Positions 8,737 through 18,766 of a stretch of 64,000 bases of DNA are shown piece after piece (within the stretch, counting starts at the first letter, position 1; each line of letters starts with the position of its first letter). Source of the DNA: Bacilli bacterium (GTDB lineage Bacteria; Bacillota_I; Bacilli_A; RF39; UBA660); assembly GCA_017542465.1 (NCBI GenBank), contig JAFXXB010000005.1, positions 10,614 to 74,613 on the forward strand, given 5' to 3'. The notes beneath the pieces are model-generated. The model saw only the letters and a program-made list of their open reading frames with translations, did no database searches and had not been told where the DNA came from. The position numbers and the translations under genes were made by a program.

Positions 8737-8783
8737 CCATTTAACCCCTTTAATATTAAGTTCATAGTCATAATACTTAACAT
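8730..8783 (-). other. Candidate 17-codon leader peptide uORF (MLSIMTMNLILKGLNGR)
   Basis: GAGGTGG SD 4-5 nt before ATG 8783. The TAG stop (8732..8730) lies in the 5' arm of the downstream hairpin. Confidence 0.4.
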
Positions 8784-8810
8784 ACTACCACCTCAAACTT
8801 GTTAACAAGA

Positions 8811-8839
8811 ATTATATATCTTTTATTGTAAAAAAGCAA
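8811..8839 (-). promoter_or_regulatory. rel promoter
   Basis: TTGCTT, 17 nt spacer, TATAAT, directly after the trpS terminator. Confidence 0.55.
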
Positions 8840-8867
8840 ATTAAAAGATATAGTTTTCACTATATCT
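8831..8867 (-). terminator. Intrinsic terminator after trpS
   Basis: AGAUAUAGU-gaaa-ACUAUAUCU (includes the TAG stop), then a U-rich tract. Confidence 0.7.
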
Positions 8868-9939
8868 AATTAGTATATTTTTCAATTATTTCTTTATTAT
8901 CAAAATAATTAATCTTCATATTCTTTCTTAATCTATCTACTACTTGATCACAATGTTTAGAAGCATCTTCTGTACCCTTCTTTAGTATTTCATATACTTC
9001 ATCTATATGTTCTTCGTAGTATTTACGTTTTTCTCTAACAGGTGTTAATTCTTCTTCTAATATTTGATATAAGAAATTCTTTATCTTAACATCTCCTAAA
9101 CCACCTTTTTTATAAGCAGCTTTTAATTCATCTAAATCCTTAAATTCAGGTAAGAACTTCTTAAATGAATCTTCCTTGCAGAAACAATCTAAATAAGTAA
9201 ATACCATATTACCTTCAACTTGTCCTGGATCTTCTACTCTAATATGATTAGGATCTGTATACATACCCATTACTTTCTTTTTAACTGTATCTGAATCATC
9301 AGCTAAATATATACAATTACCTAAAGACTTAGACATCTTAGCATTTCCATCAGTTCCAGGTAATCTTCTACATGCATCATTAGATGGTAATACTGCTTCA
9401 GGCTCATATAATGTTTCACCATATATATTATTTATACTTCTAACTATCTCTCTTGTTTGTTCAATCATAGGTAATTGATCATCACCTACAGGAATTATAG
9501 TTGCATCAAATCCTGTTATATCAGCAGCTTGGCTTATAGGATAAGTCATAAAACCTACAGGAATAGATTCACCAAACTCTCTCATCTTTAATTCAGATTT
9601 AATAGTTGGATTTCTTTGTAATCTTGATAATGTTACTACATCCATGTAGAAACATGTTAATTGATACAATCCTTTAACACCTGATTGAATAAAAATAGTT
9701 ACTTTAGATGGATCAATACCAACTGATAAATAATCTAAAGCTACTTCAATAATATTTTGTCTAACTTTCTCTGGATTATCCCAATTATCTGTTAAAGCTT
9801 GAACGTCCGCAATCATGATATAGAATTTATCATAATCACCTTTATTTTGTAGTTCTACTCTACTTCTTAAGGAACCAACATAATGTCCTATATGTAGTCT
9901 TCCAGTTGGTCTATCACCAGTTAATATTACTTTATCCAT
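8866..9939 (-). CDS. trpS: Tryptophan--tRNA ligase
   Basis: TGDRPTGRLHIGHYVG (HIGH) and KMSKS motifs. Start refined to MDKVILTG. Confidence 0.9.
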   Translation of the reverse strand: MDKVILTGDRPTGRLHIGHYVGSLRSRVELQNKGDYDKFYIMIADVQALTDNWDNPEKVRQNIIEVALDYLSVGIDPSKVTIFIQSGVKGLYQLTCFYMDVVTLSRLQRNPTIKSELKMREFGESIPVGFMTYPISQAADITGFDATIIPVGDDQLPMIEQTREIVRSINNIYGETLYEPEAVLPSNDACRRLPGTDGNAKMSKSLGNCIYLADDSDTVKKKVMGMYTDPNHIRVEDPGQVEGNMVFTYLDCFCKEDSFKKFLPEFKDLDELKAAYKKGGLGDVKIKNFLYQILEEELTPVREKRKYYEEHIDEVYEILKKGTEDASKHCDQVVDRLRKNMKINYFDNKEIIEKYTN

Positions 9940-9962
9940 AACAAACATCTCTTTCTAGTAAA

Positions 9963-9971
9963 ATTATATCA
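9963..9971 (-). promoter_or_regulatory. Extended -10 (TGATATAAT) for trpS
   Basis: Directly after the terminator hairpin AUAGGAAAUaauacAUUUCCUAU of the desulfurase gene. Confidence 0.5.
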
Positions 9972-9998
9972 TAAATAAAATAGGAAATGTATTATTTC

Positions 9999-11123
9999 CT
10001 ATCTTAATCCTATTAAATTCTTATAATTTTTATCAAATGCTTCCAAGAATGAATTTATCTCACTTGGTAATGTTAAATAAGATAAACTTATTCTTATACT
10101 TGATTTACTTCTTGCTTCATCTCTATACATAGCCATGACTGATGGGCTTGGTCTACCTGAATAACAAGCAGTATTAGATGAAATATAAATATCATCTTCT
10201 TCCATAGCATGTATAAATGTTTCAGGTTTGATTCCTAATACACTTATATTTAATATATGAGGTATACAGTACTTAGATGAATTAATTTGAACATGTGGAT
10301 ATTGACTTAAATGTTCAATTATTCTTTCTCTATACTTTTTAACTACTTCTTCTTTTTGAGGCATATCCTTTAATGCAAGTCTTAATGCCTTAGAGAAACT
10401 TACTATCAATGGTAATGGTTTAGTTCCAGGTTTTAATTCATCTGGATGTGCACCAAACTCAATTGGTTTTAGTTTTATTCCTCTAGCATGATATAAAATA
10501 CCTATTCCACCAGGTCCATAAACCTTTTCACCTGATATAGAACCTAAATCTACATCTAATAATCTTACAGGTATTTTACCTATAGCTTGTGTAAGATCTG
10601 AATGGAAGATAACATTAGGATTTATCTTCTTAACTACTTGTTTAATAGTTGCAAGAGGTTGTCTTGCACCTGTTTCAGAATTAACACAAGAAATAGATAC
10701 TAGTATTGTTTCAGGTGTTACTTTTCTTTTTAAATCATCAAAGTTAATTACACCTTCATCTGTTACATTAACATAATCTATTATGTATCCTAATTCTTCT
10801 AAATGTTTAGTTATACCATATATAGAAGGATGTTCCATAGTAGATACACATATTCTATTACCAAATCTCTTATTTTGTTCTACAGCTCCTAGAATAGCTA
10901 TATTATTAGCTTCAGTAGCTCCAGATGTATAAATAAATTCATCTTCACCTATTTTTAATAATTCAGCTATTTGTTTAGTTGCACTTTTAAGTAAGTCATT
11001 AGATTTCATACCTAATTTATGTAGACTTTGAGTATTGGCAAAGTATTCTTCAGTAACTTTATTATAACTATCTAATACTTCAGGTAATATAGGTGTTGTT
11101 GCCGAATAATCTAAATAAATCAT
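9999..11123 (-). CDS. Cysteine desulfurase (NifS/IscS-like class V aminotransferase)
   Basis: 374 aa with MIYLDYSATTP at the N-terminus, SGATEANN and a PLP-fold pattern. The stop of ezrA lies 4 nt upstream of its start. Confidence 0.8.
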   Translation of the reverse strand: MIYLDYSATTPILPEVLDSYNKVTEEYFANTQSLHKLGMKSNDLLKSATKQIAELLKIGEDEFIYTSGATEANNIAILGAVEQNKRFGNRICVSTMEHPSIYGITKHLEELGYIIDYVNVTDEGVINFDDLKRKVTPETILVSISCVNSETGARQPLATIKQVVKKINPNVIFHSDLTQAIGKIPVRLLDVDLGSISGEKVYGPGGIGILYHARGIKLKPIEFGAHPDELKPGTKPLPLIVSFSKALRLALKDMPQKEEVVKKYRERIIEHLSQYPHVQINSSKYCIPHILNISVLGIKPETFIHAMEEDDIYISSNTACYSGRPSPSVMAMYRDEARSKSSIRISLSYLTLPSEINSFLEAFDKNYKNLIGLR

Positions 11124-11127
11124 ATTA

Positions 11128-12867
11128 TCACTCTTCTATTCCATATTCATCTTTATATTCATCTAATAGTTTATCTTTAATACCTGGTTCAATAACGTTA
11201 ATTGATTTAATTGCTTCACTTAATGCTTCATTAAAAGAACCTTTAAAGAATAATCTTTCAGCTCTAGATAAACCATTGTTGATTTCTTTATTAACTGCTC
11301 TATATCTATTACCATATACTATTGCATTTTCAGCCATAGATGCACTCTTAACTGTAGTAAAGGCTGTATTATATACCTTTAATGCTAAGTCTCTTGCAGT
11401 ATCTACTCTAGTATTTAATGTTGTAATTGATATAGGTTTCTTCTCTAACTCTAATACCATTTCCTTTAAGGCATCTTGAGCTTCTTGATATTGTGTATAG
11501 AAACTCTTAGGAATAATTGGTAACTTATAAGAATTAATGTGTTCTTTAGTTTGTTTCATTATATTCTTAATAGTATCCCCTTGTTCTCTAGCTCTTATTT
11601 CATCTTCCTTAAGAGATCCTAAACTTCTTAATGTATAATCTAGTTTTTCTTCTGTCTTAACTAGTTTAACACTTATTTTTTCCATCTCTTTAGAAAGTCT
11701 TGAATAAGCAGTTGTCTTATTTCTAAACTCTTCCATAGTCTTATTGTATGTTTCTTCACACCATGCTGTTTCATTAGCTAAATCAGATATAATCTTTAAA
11801 TCATCATCAGTTAAATCATATGAATATTTAATATCTGATATTTTATTTTGTAATCCTGATATTATCTTATCTAACTTCTTACACTTTAAGATTATATTTC
11901 TTATATAATCATCAAATAATTTCTTAGATATTTTTTCCTTTTCAAAGTCTTGATATAAACGATCAAAGTAATCAAGTATTGTACGAAGCTCAAATATAGA
12001 ATCTTCTAAGTTTAATACTTTTAATCTATCAAAGATATCCCTTACCTTTTTCTCTGATTCAGTTATATTATAATCAATCTTTAAATAATCTAAGTTATAA
12101 CCTTCTTCTTTTAATCTATCTGCTTGTTTCTTTATATCTTTAATACGAGCAGGTATCATCTTTTCACCCATCATAATAATAGATGGTGCTTCATCAATAA
12201 CTATTTTTAAATTACCTATTGTGTCATCTAATGCTTTAACTATTTTACCTACTTCTGAATAAACATTGTTTTCCATAGCTATTTCAAAAGCAGCAAATAA
12301 CTTATCAACATTCTCAAATTGTAATTCTAATGTGTTAAGTATTAATGAATAATCAGACTTATTAGAGTTGTTATATTGAATATATATTTGTCTATATTCT
12401 GTCTTTAGTTTAGTTACTATTTCTCTATTTCTTTCTTCTGATAATGTTATTTCTTCAATATCATTTAATAATTCTTGAGATTTAGCTCTAGCCATATGAA
12501 TATCATATTCAACCTCAGTTAACATAGTATCTACTTCTTTATATTTATGGTTAACTAGATAATCTTCAACATTTATTAATCTATCAGTTATTTTAACAAC
12601 ATCTACATCTTTAATTTCTTTAAACTTTGCTTTCCATTCATTATACTTTTCTTCAAGTTCTTTATTATTAATTAAAGATTCTACTTTATTTAATTCAGAT
12701 AAGATATTACCTGAAATAATTAAGTTCTTTTTTCTTTCAAGTTCAATAATAATTTCATTATAGGATTTAATCTTTTTTCTTATAGTTAAAAAGACTACTA
12801 CACCTATAACTATTAGAGTAATAATAACGTATAAAATAATAATTAGATTCATAATATTTCCACCCAT
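11128..12867 (-). CDS. ezrA: Septation ring formation regulator EzrA
   Basis: 579 aa. An N-terminal TM is followed by long coiled-coil repeats of the usual EzrA length and architecture. Confidence 0.8.
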   Translation of the reverse strand: MGGNIMNLIIILYVIITLIVIGVVVFLTIRKKIKSYNEIIIELERKKNLIISGNILSELNKVESLINNKELEEKYNEWKAKFKEIKDVDVVKITDRLINVEDYLVNHKYKEVDTMLTEVEYDIHMARAKSQELLNDIEEITLSEERNREIVTKLKTEYRQIYIQYNNSNKSDYSLILNTLELQFENVDKLFAAFEIAMENNVYSEVGKIVKALDDTIGNLKIVIDEAPSIIMMGEKMIPARIKDIKKQADRLKEEGYNLDYLKIDYNITESEKKVRDIFDRLKVLNLEDSIFELRTILDYFDRLYQDFEKEKISKKLFDDYIRNIILKCKKLDKIISGLQNKISDIKYSYDLTDDDLKIISDLANETAWCEETYNKTMEEFRNKTTAYSRLSKEMEKISVKLVKTEEKLDYTLRSLGSLKEDEIRAREQGDTIKNIMKQTKEHINSYKLPIIPKSFYTQYQEAQDALKEMVLELEKKPISITTLNTRVDTARDLALKVYNTAFTTVKSASMAENAIVYGNRYRAVNKEINNGLSRAERLFFKGSFNEALSEAIKSINVIEPGIKDKLLDEYKDEYGIEE

Positions 12868-12892
12868 ATTACTACTCTCCTATTCTCATTTA

Positions 12893-12901
12893 ATTATACC
12901 A
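12893..12901 (-). promoter_or_regulatory. Extended -10 (TGGTATAAT) for ezrA
   Basis: Exact TGnTATAAT about 15 nt upstream of the AGGAGA SD. Confidence 0.5.
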
Positions 12902-12974
12902 TTATTAAGGGTGCTTTACATAGGAATAAACAAGTAATTTAACACAAAATATAATAGATTTATTTTTAAATAAT

Positions 12975-13004
12975 AAAAAATAGTTGATGCTTTACGTCAA
13001 CTAT
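12975..13004 (-). terminator. Intrinsic terminator after the phosphohexomutase gene
   Basis: AUAGUUGAcguaaagcaUCAACUAU followed by UUUUUU. The stop codon lies inside the stem. Confidence 0.7.
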
Positions 13005-14377
13005 TTATTTACTTCATCTATTACATCCATGAATTCTTTTTGGATAGCATTTAAAGCTCTTCTAGTATTTGCTTCAAATCTCATGGTAACATTAGGTCCT
13101 GTGTTAGATGCTCTAACTAACGCCCAGCTATTATCTTTGATAACTTTAATACCATCTATACTATCATATCTATAATTCATTTTATCTGCATATTCTTTAA
13201 TACCTGCAACTATTTCCCACTTCTTTTCATCTGTAGTAGCTAGTTTTATTTCATCTGTATTAAAGTATTTCTTCATATTTGTTTTAACTAAACTATGTAA
13301 GTCTTTTTTAGTATTAGTTAAGTATTCTTGATATCTTAAACCAGCGTATATACCATCATCATATCCTGGATGAGTATCCCTAAAGAAAATATGATTTGCA
13401 TATTGTCCACCAAATATACAGTCTTCATAAAACATTATTTCTTCTTGTCTTGCACTTGATGAAGGTGTATCCATATATACACCACCTGCATCAATAACTG
13501 CATCTCTTATGATATTTGAACATTTAACATCAACAAGTACAGGTTTAGATTTATCTTTTTTAATAATAGATGGTGCTACAACAGACATCATTACATCTGC
13601 ATCTACTATAATACCTTTATTATCAACAATGCCTATACGATCACAGTCTCCATCATAAGCTAAACCTATATCAGCATGTTGTTTTTTTACTTCTTTACAT
13701 AAATCAGCTAAATTTGATTTAACATTAGGATCTGGATGATGATTTGGAAAAGTTGGATCAGAATCAGAATATATATAAGATACATCAAAAGGCATCTTAT
13801 CATATACATCTCTTACTATAACTGATGCTGTACCATTTCCACAGTCAATTACACATTTTAAATTATTCTTACCAAAATCAAATAACTTAGATAAATAATT
13901 AACATATAATTTATCAACATCTATATTTTTAACTTCGCCTATATCTTTACTCTTTTTACATTTATAATTATCATCTAACATTCTAGTATAAATATACTTT
14001 AAATCTTTCTCAGAACAATGCAGATTATGAGCACCAAATACTTTGAATCCATTATAATCTGTAGGATTATGAGAAGCTGTAATCATTACACCATAGTCTT
14101 GTTTTAACTCATGACATGCAAAATTAAGCATTGGTGTTGTAACAAGTCCAATATCAATTACATTGATACCAGATAGAGTTAAACCTTCAATTAACTTTTC
14201 ATTTAATTCAGGTCCACCAAATCTATTATCATGACCTACTACTACATAGTCTTGTTTATATTTTTTTGCATATTCAGCAAATACATATCCTAATTTTAAA
14301 GCAACATCAGTACTTACTTCATCAGGATAAATACCACGTATATCTGCTTCTCTTAAAATATTACTTGGTACTTTCAT
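13001..14377 (-). CDS. Phosphomannomutase/phosphoglucomutase family phosphohexomutase
   Basis: Active-site ITASHNPTDYNGFK, metal loop AYDGDCDR, N-terminal DIRG. Confidence 0.85.
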   Translation of the reverse strand: MKVPSNILREADIRGIYPDEVSTDVALKLGYVFAEYAKKYKQDYVVVGHDNRFGGPELNEKLIEGLTLSGINVIDIGLVTTPMLNFACHELKQDYGVMITASHNPTDYNGFKVFGAHNLHCSEKDLKYIYTRMLDDNYKCKKSKDIGEVKNIDVDKLYVNYLSKLFDFGKNNLKCVIDCGNGTASVIVRDVYDKMPFDVSYIYSDSDPTFPNHHPDPNVKSNLADLCKEVKKQHADIGLAYDGDCDRIGIVDNKGIIVDADVMMSVVAPSIIKKDKSKPVLVDVKCSNIIRDAVIDAGGVYMDTPSSSARQEEIMFYEDCIFGGQYANHIFFRDTHPGYDDGIYAGLRYQEYLTNTKKDLHSLVKTNMKKYFNTDEIKLATTDEKKWEIVAGIKEYADKMNYRYDSIDGIKVIKDNSWALVRASNTGPNVTMRFEANTRRALNAIQKEFMDVIDEVNK

Positions 14378-14388
14378 ATAAATCCCTC

Positions 14389-15903
14389 TTATTCTTCTTC
14401 TTTTAATATAATACCAGCATCTTGCATTTCTTTAGGTATAGCTAGTTCCATATATTTAAGTATTGTTCCAGCCACTTGTGCAATATTACCTTTGTTATTT
14501 AATTTAATATATTTATCTCTTATGATAAATGGTACAGGATTCTTTGTATGTCCTTTATTAGGTGTACCATCTTCATTAAGCATTTCTTCAATATTACCAT
14601 GATCAGATGTAACAATTAACTTATAGAAGTTTTCATCACATGCATCACATATTTTCTCTAACTCTAAATCTAATATATTCAACGCCTCAATAGCTTTAGT
14701 TATATCACCTATATGACCAAATATATCAGGTGTTTCTATATTAACTAATATAAAATCATAATCATGTTCCATACATTTAATTACTTGTTTAGTTATACCT
14801 GCCATATTCATTTCAGGGTGATTAACTGTTTCATCATGTGGATATGATGGAATAATAAAGTTATCACATCCCTTTAATTTCTTATCAGTTGCACCATTGA
14901 AATAATATGATAGATTTGAGAATTTATCTTCCTCACCAATACGTGCTTGTTTTAATCCTAAAGCACTCAAATATTGTCCTAAAGAATATTCTGCTTCATC
15001 TTTATCTATTAAGTATATTAAATCATCTACTTCATCTATAGGTAGAATAGAAGCAACCTTTAAACCAGATATTAAAGGTCTATTAAATGGTTCAAAGTCA
15101 TGATTTAATAATGAACCTAATATTTGTCTAGCTCTATCTTCTCTAAAGTTTAACCATAAAAGAACATCCCCTGATGATAATTTAGCATTATCATCTAAAA
15201 CTATAGGTGGAATGTTTTCATCACTTATATTGTTTTTATAACATGTTTGAATAGCTTTAGTATAATCGTTAACTTTAGCTCCTACACCATCTACAAGTAA
15301 ATTGTAATAAGCTTTTGTTTTCTTATAATTTTCATCTCTATCCATAGCATAGGATCTACCACAAACAGTTACAATCTTACCTAGTTCTTGTTCATTCATA
15401 GTAGCATTTAAATCATCTAAATATTCTAATGCTGTACCTGGATGAACATCTTTTCCATCTGTTATTGCATGGAAATACAATTTATTAACACCCATATTTT
15501 TTAAATGAGATATAAGTGTCTTCATATATCTAATATCAGAGTAAACCTTACCATCTGATACCATACCAGCTAGATGTAAGTTTCCTCCTGAATCTCTTAA
15601 ATATTCTAGCAATTCATTTAATCTAGGATTTTGTTCAATCAATGTTGATCCTAAGTTTTCATTACAGATTGTTATATCTTGAGGAACAACTTTTCCTGCA
15701 CCCAAAATAAGATGTGAAACTTCACAGTCTATTCTTTTATCATCTGGTAAATTTATATTCTCACCTGTAGTATCTAATACAGTATTAGGATATAAATCCA
15801 CTAATTCTTTATAAGTATCCATATCTGCTAGTTCAATAGCATTACCAGCATAGTTTTTTCCAACCCCAAAACCATCCAAGATAATCATAACTATCTTATT
15901 CAT
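14389..15903 (-). CDS. gpmI: 2,3-bisphosphoglycerate-independent phosphoglycerate mutase
   Basis: ~504 aa with iPGM motifs (MIILDGFG, TSDHGN). ATG 15903 follows AGGTGA. Confidence 0.85.
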   Translation of the reverse strand: MNKIVMIILDGFGVGKNYAGNAIELADMDTYKELVDLYPNTVLDTTGENINLPDDKRIDCEVSHLILGAGKVVPQDITICNENLGSTLIEQNPRLNELLEYLRDSGGNLHLAGMVSDGKVYSDIRYMKTLISHLKNMGVNKLYFHAITDGKDVHPGTALEYLDDLNATMNEQELGKIVTVCGRSYAMDRDENYKKTKAYYNLLVDGVGAKVNDYTKAIQTCYKNNISDENIPPIVLDDNAKLSSGDVLLWLNFREDRARQILGSLLNHDFEPFNRPLISGLKVASILPIDEVDDLIYLIDKDEAEYSLGQYLSALGLKQARIGEEDKFSNLSYYFNGATDKKLKGCDNFIIPSYPHDETVNHPEMNMAGITKQVIKCMEHDYDFILVNIETPDIFGHIGDITKAIEALNILDLELEKICDACDENFYKLIVTSDHGNIEEMLNEDGTPNKGHTKNPVPFIIRDKYIKLNNKGNIAQVAGTILKYMELAIPKEMQDAGIILKEEE

Positions 15904-15920
15904 AGGTATCACCTAGATAA

Positions 15921-15929
15921 ATTATATCA
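15921..15929 (-). promoter_or_regulatory. Extended -10 (TGATATAAT) for gpmI
   Basis: TGATATAAT-ttatct-AGGTGA-tacct-ATG. Confidence 0.5.
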
Positions 15930-15996
15930 TAAATAGGCTTGTTTTTGTGAAAATATGCGTATTTTCAAGTACTTGATGACAAATAAAAGAGAATGA

Positions 15997-16503
15997 TTAC
16001 TCATCCTCTTTATCATCAAATAATACAACTTTGCCCTTCTTCAAACTCTTTTTAACATCTATTGCTCTTTGGTTTGTAGAACCAGCATATTTTAATCTTG
16101 GATCTCTTAATTCATCTACATATTGTCCATCAACTAATACATCTAAATAATTGATAACTTCTTGTTTAGATACATAATCTTCATATGTAAATCCTGACCA
16201 AGACCATAAAGACTTATTAGGAAATCTTTCTTTAAATGCTTTGGCTAATTTAGTTGTTCCAGGTAAGTTTGTTGGATGCATTGGTTCTCCACCAAGCATT
16301 GATAAACCAACAATATATTCGTTATCACATAGATCAAGAATATGTTCAATAGTTTCATCTGTAAATTCTTTACCACCATCAAAATCCCATGTTTCAGGAT
16401 TAAAGCAGTTCTTACAGTGGAATGCACATCCTTGAAAAAATATTGATACTCTAACACCTGGACCATTAGAGATATCCATTTTTCTTATCTTGTTGTATTT
16501 CAT
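15997..16503 (-). CDS. nrdG: Anaerobic ribonucleoside-triphosphate reductase activating protein
   Basis: Radical SAM cluster motif CAFHCKNC. Starts 1 nt after the nrdD stop. Confidence 0.9.
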   Translation of the reverse strand: MKYNKIRKMDISNGPGVRVSIFFQGCAFHCKNCFNPETWDFDGGKEFTDETIEHILDLCDNEYIVGLSMLGGEPMHPTNLPGTTKLAKAFKERFPNKSLWSWSGFTYEDYVSKQEVINYLDVLVDGQYVDELRDPRLKYAGSTNQRAIDVKKSLKKGKVVLFDDKEDE

Positions 16504-16504
16504 A

Positions 16505-18694
16505 TTAATCGTCCTTATTATCTAAGTGAATTACTCTTTCTTTGATTTCTTGTGTTCTTCCTTTATTCCAGAAGTTTGCTCCAATGTAACCACATGTACG
16601 TCTAGCTACATTCATCTTATCGTGATCTCTGTTTCCACAGTTTGGACAATACCATTCAAGGTTATCATCAATTAAAATTTCACCAGTATATCCACAGCAA
16701 TGACAATAATCAAATTTTGTATTTAATTCAGCATACATGATATTATCATATATAAACTTAATAACTTCAAGTACTGAATCTAAGTTATTCTCTAAATGTG
16801 AAGTTTCAATATAACTTATAGCTCCACCTGGAGATAATTGTTGGAATTCTGATTCTAACTTTAACTTAGTAAATGCATCAATCTCTTCAAATACAGGTAC
16901 ATGATATGAGTTAGTTATATAATCTCTATCAGTTATACCTTTAATAACTCCAAATCTTTCTCTTAAGGCTTTAGCAAACTTATAAGTTGTAGATTCAATT
17001 GGAGTACCATATACTGAATAATCGATATCTTCAGCAGCCTTCCATTCTTTACATTTATCATTCATGTGTTGCATAACTTGTAGACCAAATTCTTTACCCT
17101 TACCATTATCAGTGTGAGAGTGACCAGTCATATATTTAACACATTCATATAAACCAGCATAACCTAATGAAATAGTTGAATAACCATGATGTAATAATTC
17201 ATGAATTGATTCACCCTTTTCAAGTCTAGCTAATGCACCATGTTGCCATAAGATTGGAGCAACATCAGATGTAGCATGAGATAATCTTTCATGTCTAATT
17301 TGTAATGCTCTATGACATAATTCAAGTCTTTCATCAAATATTTGCCAGAACATATCCATATTTTTACCAGATGATAAAGCTACATCAGGTAAGTTAATTG
17401 TAACAACACCTTGGTTAAATCTACCATAGTATTTACCCTTACCTTCAACATAGTTTCCAGCACGAGCAATATTACCTAAACTAATAGATCTATCAGGAGT
17501 TAAGAATGAACGGCATCCCATACATGGATAACATTCACCTTCACCATACTCATTCTTTTTAAGTTGTAACATAATTTTCTCTGAAATATAATCAGGAACC
17601 ATACGTTTAGCTGTACATTCAGCAGCTAACTTAGTTAAATACCAATATTTAGATTTTGGTTTAATATTATCTTCTTCAAGAACATAAAGTAATTTAGGGA
17701 ATGCAGGAGTAACCCAAACACCTTTTTCATTCTTCATACCTTGAATTCTTTGTTTTAATACTTCTTCAATGATCATAGCAAGTTCATCTTTATATTCATC
17801 AGTTTCACCTAAATACATACAAACTGATAAGAATGGAGCTTGACCATTTGTAGTAGTCATTGAATTAATTTGATATTGGAAAGTTTGAACGCCATCAGTT
17901 ACTTCTTTCTTTAAATCTTCCATAGCATACTTTTCAACATCTTCTTTAGAAAACTTTCTCTTTGTATACTTTTTCTTATAGTATTCATAAGATTTTCTTA
18001 CAAATGGGGCTAAATGAGTTAATGTGATTGTAGCACCACCATATTGACTTGATGAAACAGCTGTAATTAATTGTGTAGCAATTGTCATAGCTGTTAAGAA
18101 TCTATGAGGAGTTTCAATCATAACTCCATTAATATTAGTTCCATTTTGTAACATATCTTCTAGATTTATTAAATCACAGTTATGTAATGCATTTTGTGCA
18201 AAGTAATCAGCATCATGGAAATGAATAATACCTTCATCATGAGCTTTAACGATATCTTCAGGTAGTAAGAATCTACGAGTGATATCAGTTGAAGTAACAC
18301 CAGCTAAATAATCTCTTTGAGTAGTAACTACTCTAGAATTCTTATTTGAGTTTTCAGTATTCCAATATTCAGATTCACCATCAATTAATTCTTTAATAGT
18401 TTTATCTGTAGTATTACTTCTTCTAACTAATTCTCTTGTATATCTATACTTAATGTAACATTTAGCAAGTTCATACTTACCAATTTCCATTAATCTTGTT
18501 TCAATAACATCTTGAATGTCTTCAACTAACATTCTCTTTTTATTAAGTCCTTCAATGTACTTAATAATGTTTCTTATTTGTGCATCAGTAACACGTTCCG
18601 CCTCGTCTACTTCAGCATTAGCTTTTTGAATGGCTGCTTCAATCTTGTCTGGACAATAGTCTACACAAGTGCCATCTCTCTTAATTACTTTCAT
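16505..18694 (-). CDS. nrdD: Anaerobic ribonucleoside-triphosphate reductase
   Basis: 729 aa. N-terminal ATP-cone, C-terminal Zn ribbon CHCCG...CPNCG and glycyl radical motif RRTCGYIG. Confidence 0.95.
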   Translation of the reverse strand: MKVIKRDGTCVDYCPDKIEAAIQKANAEVDEAERVTDAQIRNIIKYIEGLNKKRMLVEDIQDVIETRLMEIGKYELAKCYIKYRYTRELVRRSNTTDKTIKELIDGESEYWNTENSNKNSRVVTTQRDYLAGVTSTDITRRFLLPEDIVKAHDEGIIHFHDADYFAQNALHNCDLINLEDMLQNGTNINGVMIETPHRFLTAMTIATQLITAVSSSQYGGATITLTHLAPFVRKSYEYYKKKYTKRKFSKEDVEKYAMEDLKKEVTDGVQTFQYQINSMTTTNGQAPFLSVCMYLGETDEYKDELAMIIEEVLKQRIQGMKNEKGVWVTPAFPKLLYVLEEDNIKPKSKYWYLTKLAAECTAKRMVPDYISEKIMLQLKKNEYGEGECYPCMGCRSFLTPDRSISLGNIARAGNYVEGKGKYYGRFNQGVVTINLPDVALSSGKNMDMFWQIFDERLELCHRALQIRHERLSHATSDVAPILWQHGALARLEKGESIHELLHHGYSTISLGYAGLYECVKYMTGHSHTDNGKGKEFGLQVMQHMNDKCKEWKAAEDIDYSVYGTPIESTTYKFAKALRERFGVIKGITDRDYITNSYHVPVFEEIDAFTKLKLESEFQQLSPGGAISYIETSHLENNLDSVLEVIKFIYDNIMYAELNTKFDYCHCCGYTGEILIDDNLEWYCPNCGNRDHDKMNVARRTCGYIGANFWNKGRTQEIKERVIHLDNKDD

Positions 18695-18750
18695 GTTTTA
18701 CCTCTCCTCTATATTACACTTTTATCATAGCACTCATGTATTTTATATTT

Positions 18751-18766
18751 TGTTGCAAGTGCAACA
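18751..18766. promoter_or_regulatory. Perfect palindrome TGTTGCA-AG-TGCAACA upstream of nrdD (candidate operator)
   Basis: 7-bp arms with a 2-nt spacer, about 60 nt upstream of the nrdD ATG. Confidence 0.35.

Noticed and set aside
11093-11479. 128 aa plus-strand ORF spanning the ezrA/desulfurase junction
   Set aside because: It is antisense to two convincing genes. The other short opposite-strand or nested track ORFs are rejected for the same reason: 1631..1891, 7561..7767, 12984..13175, 16241..16435, 16245..16466, 20961..21161, 21544..21729, 21672..21869, 21956..22183, 27137..27454, 32363..32608, 33111..33386, 35406..35612, 36791..36988, 37610..37804, 38428..38631, 39786..40085, 41182..41409, 41610..41816, 44619..44840, 45885..46073, 49712..49948, 54671..54892 and 56020..56304.
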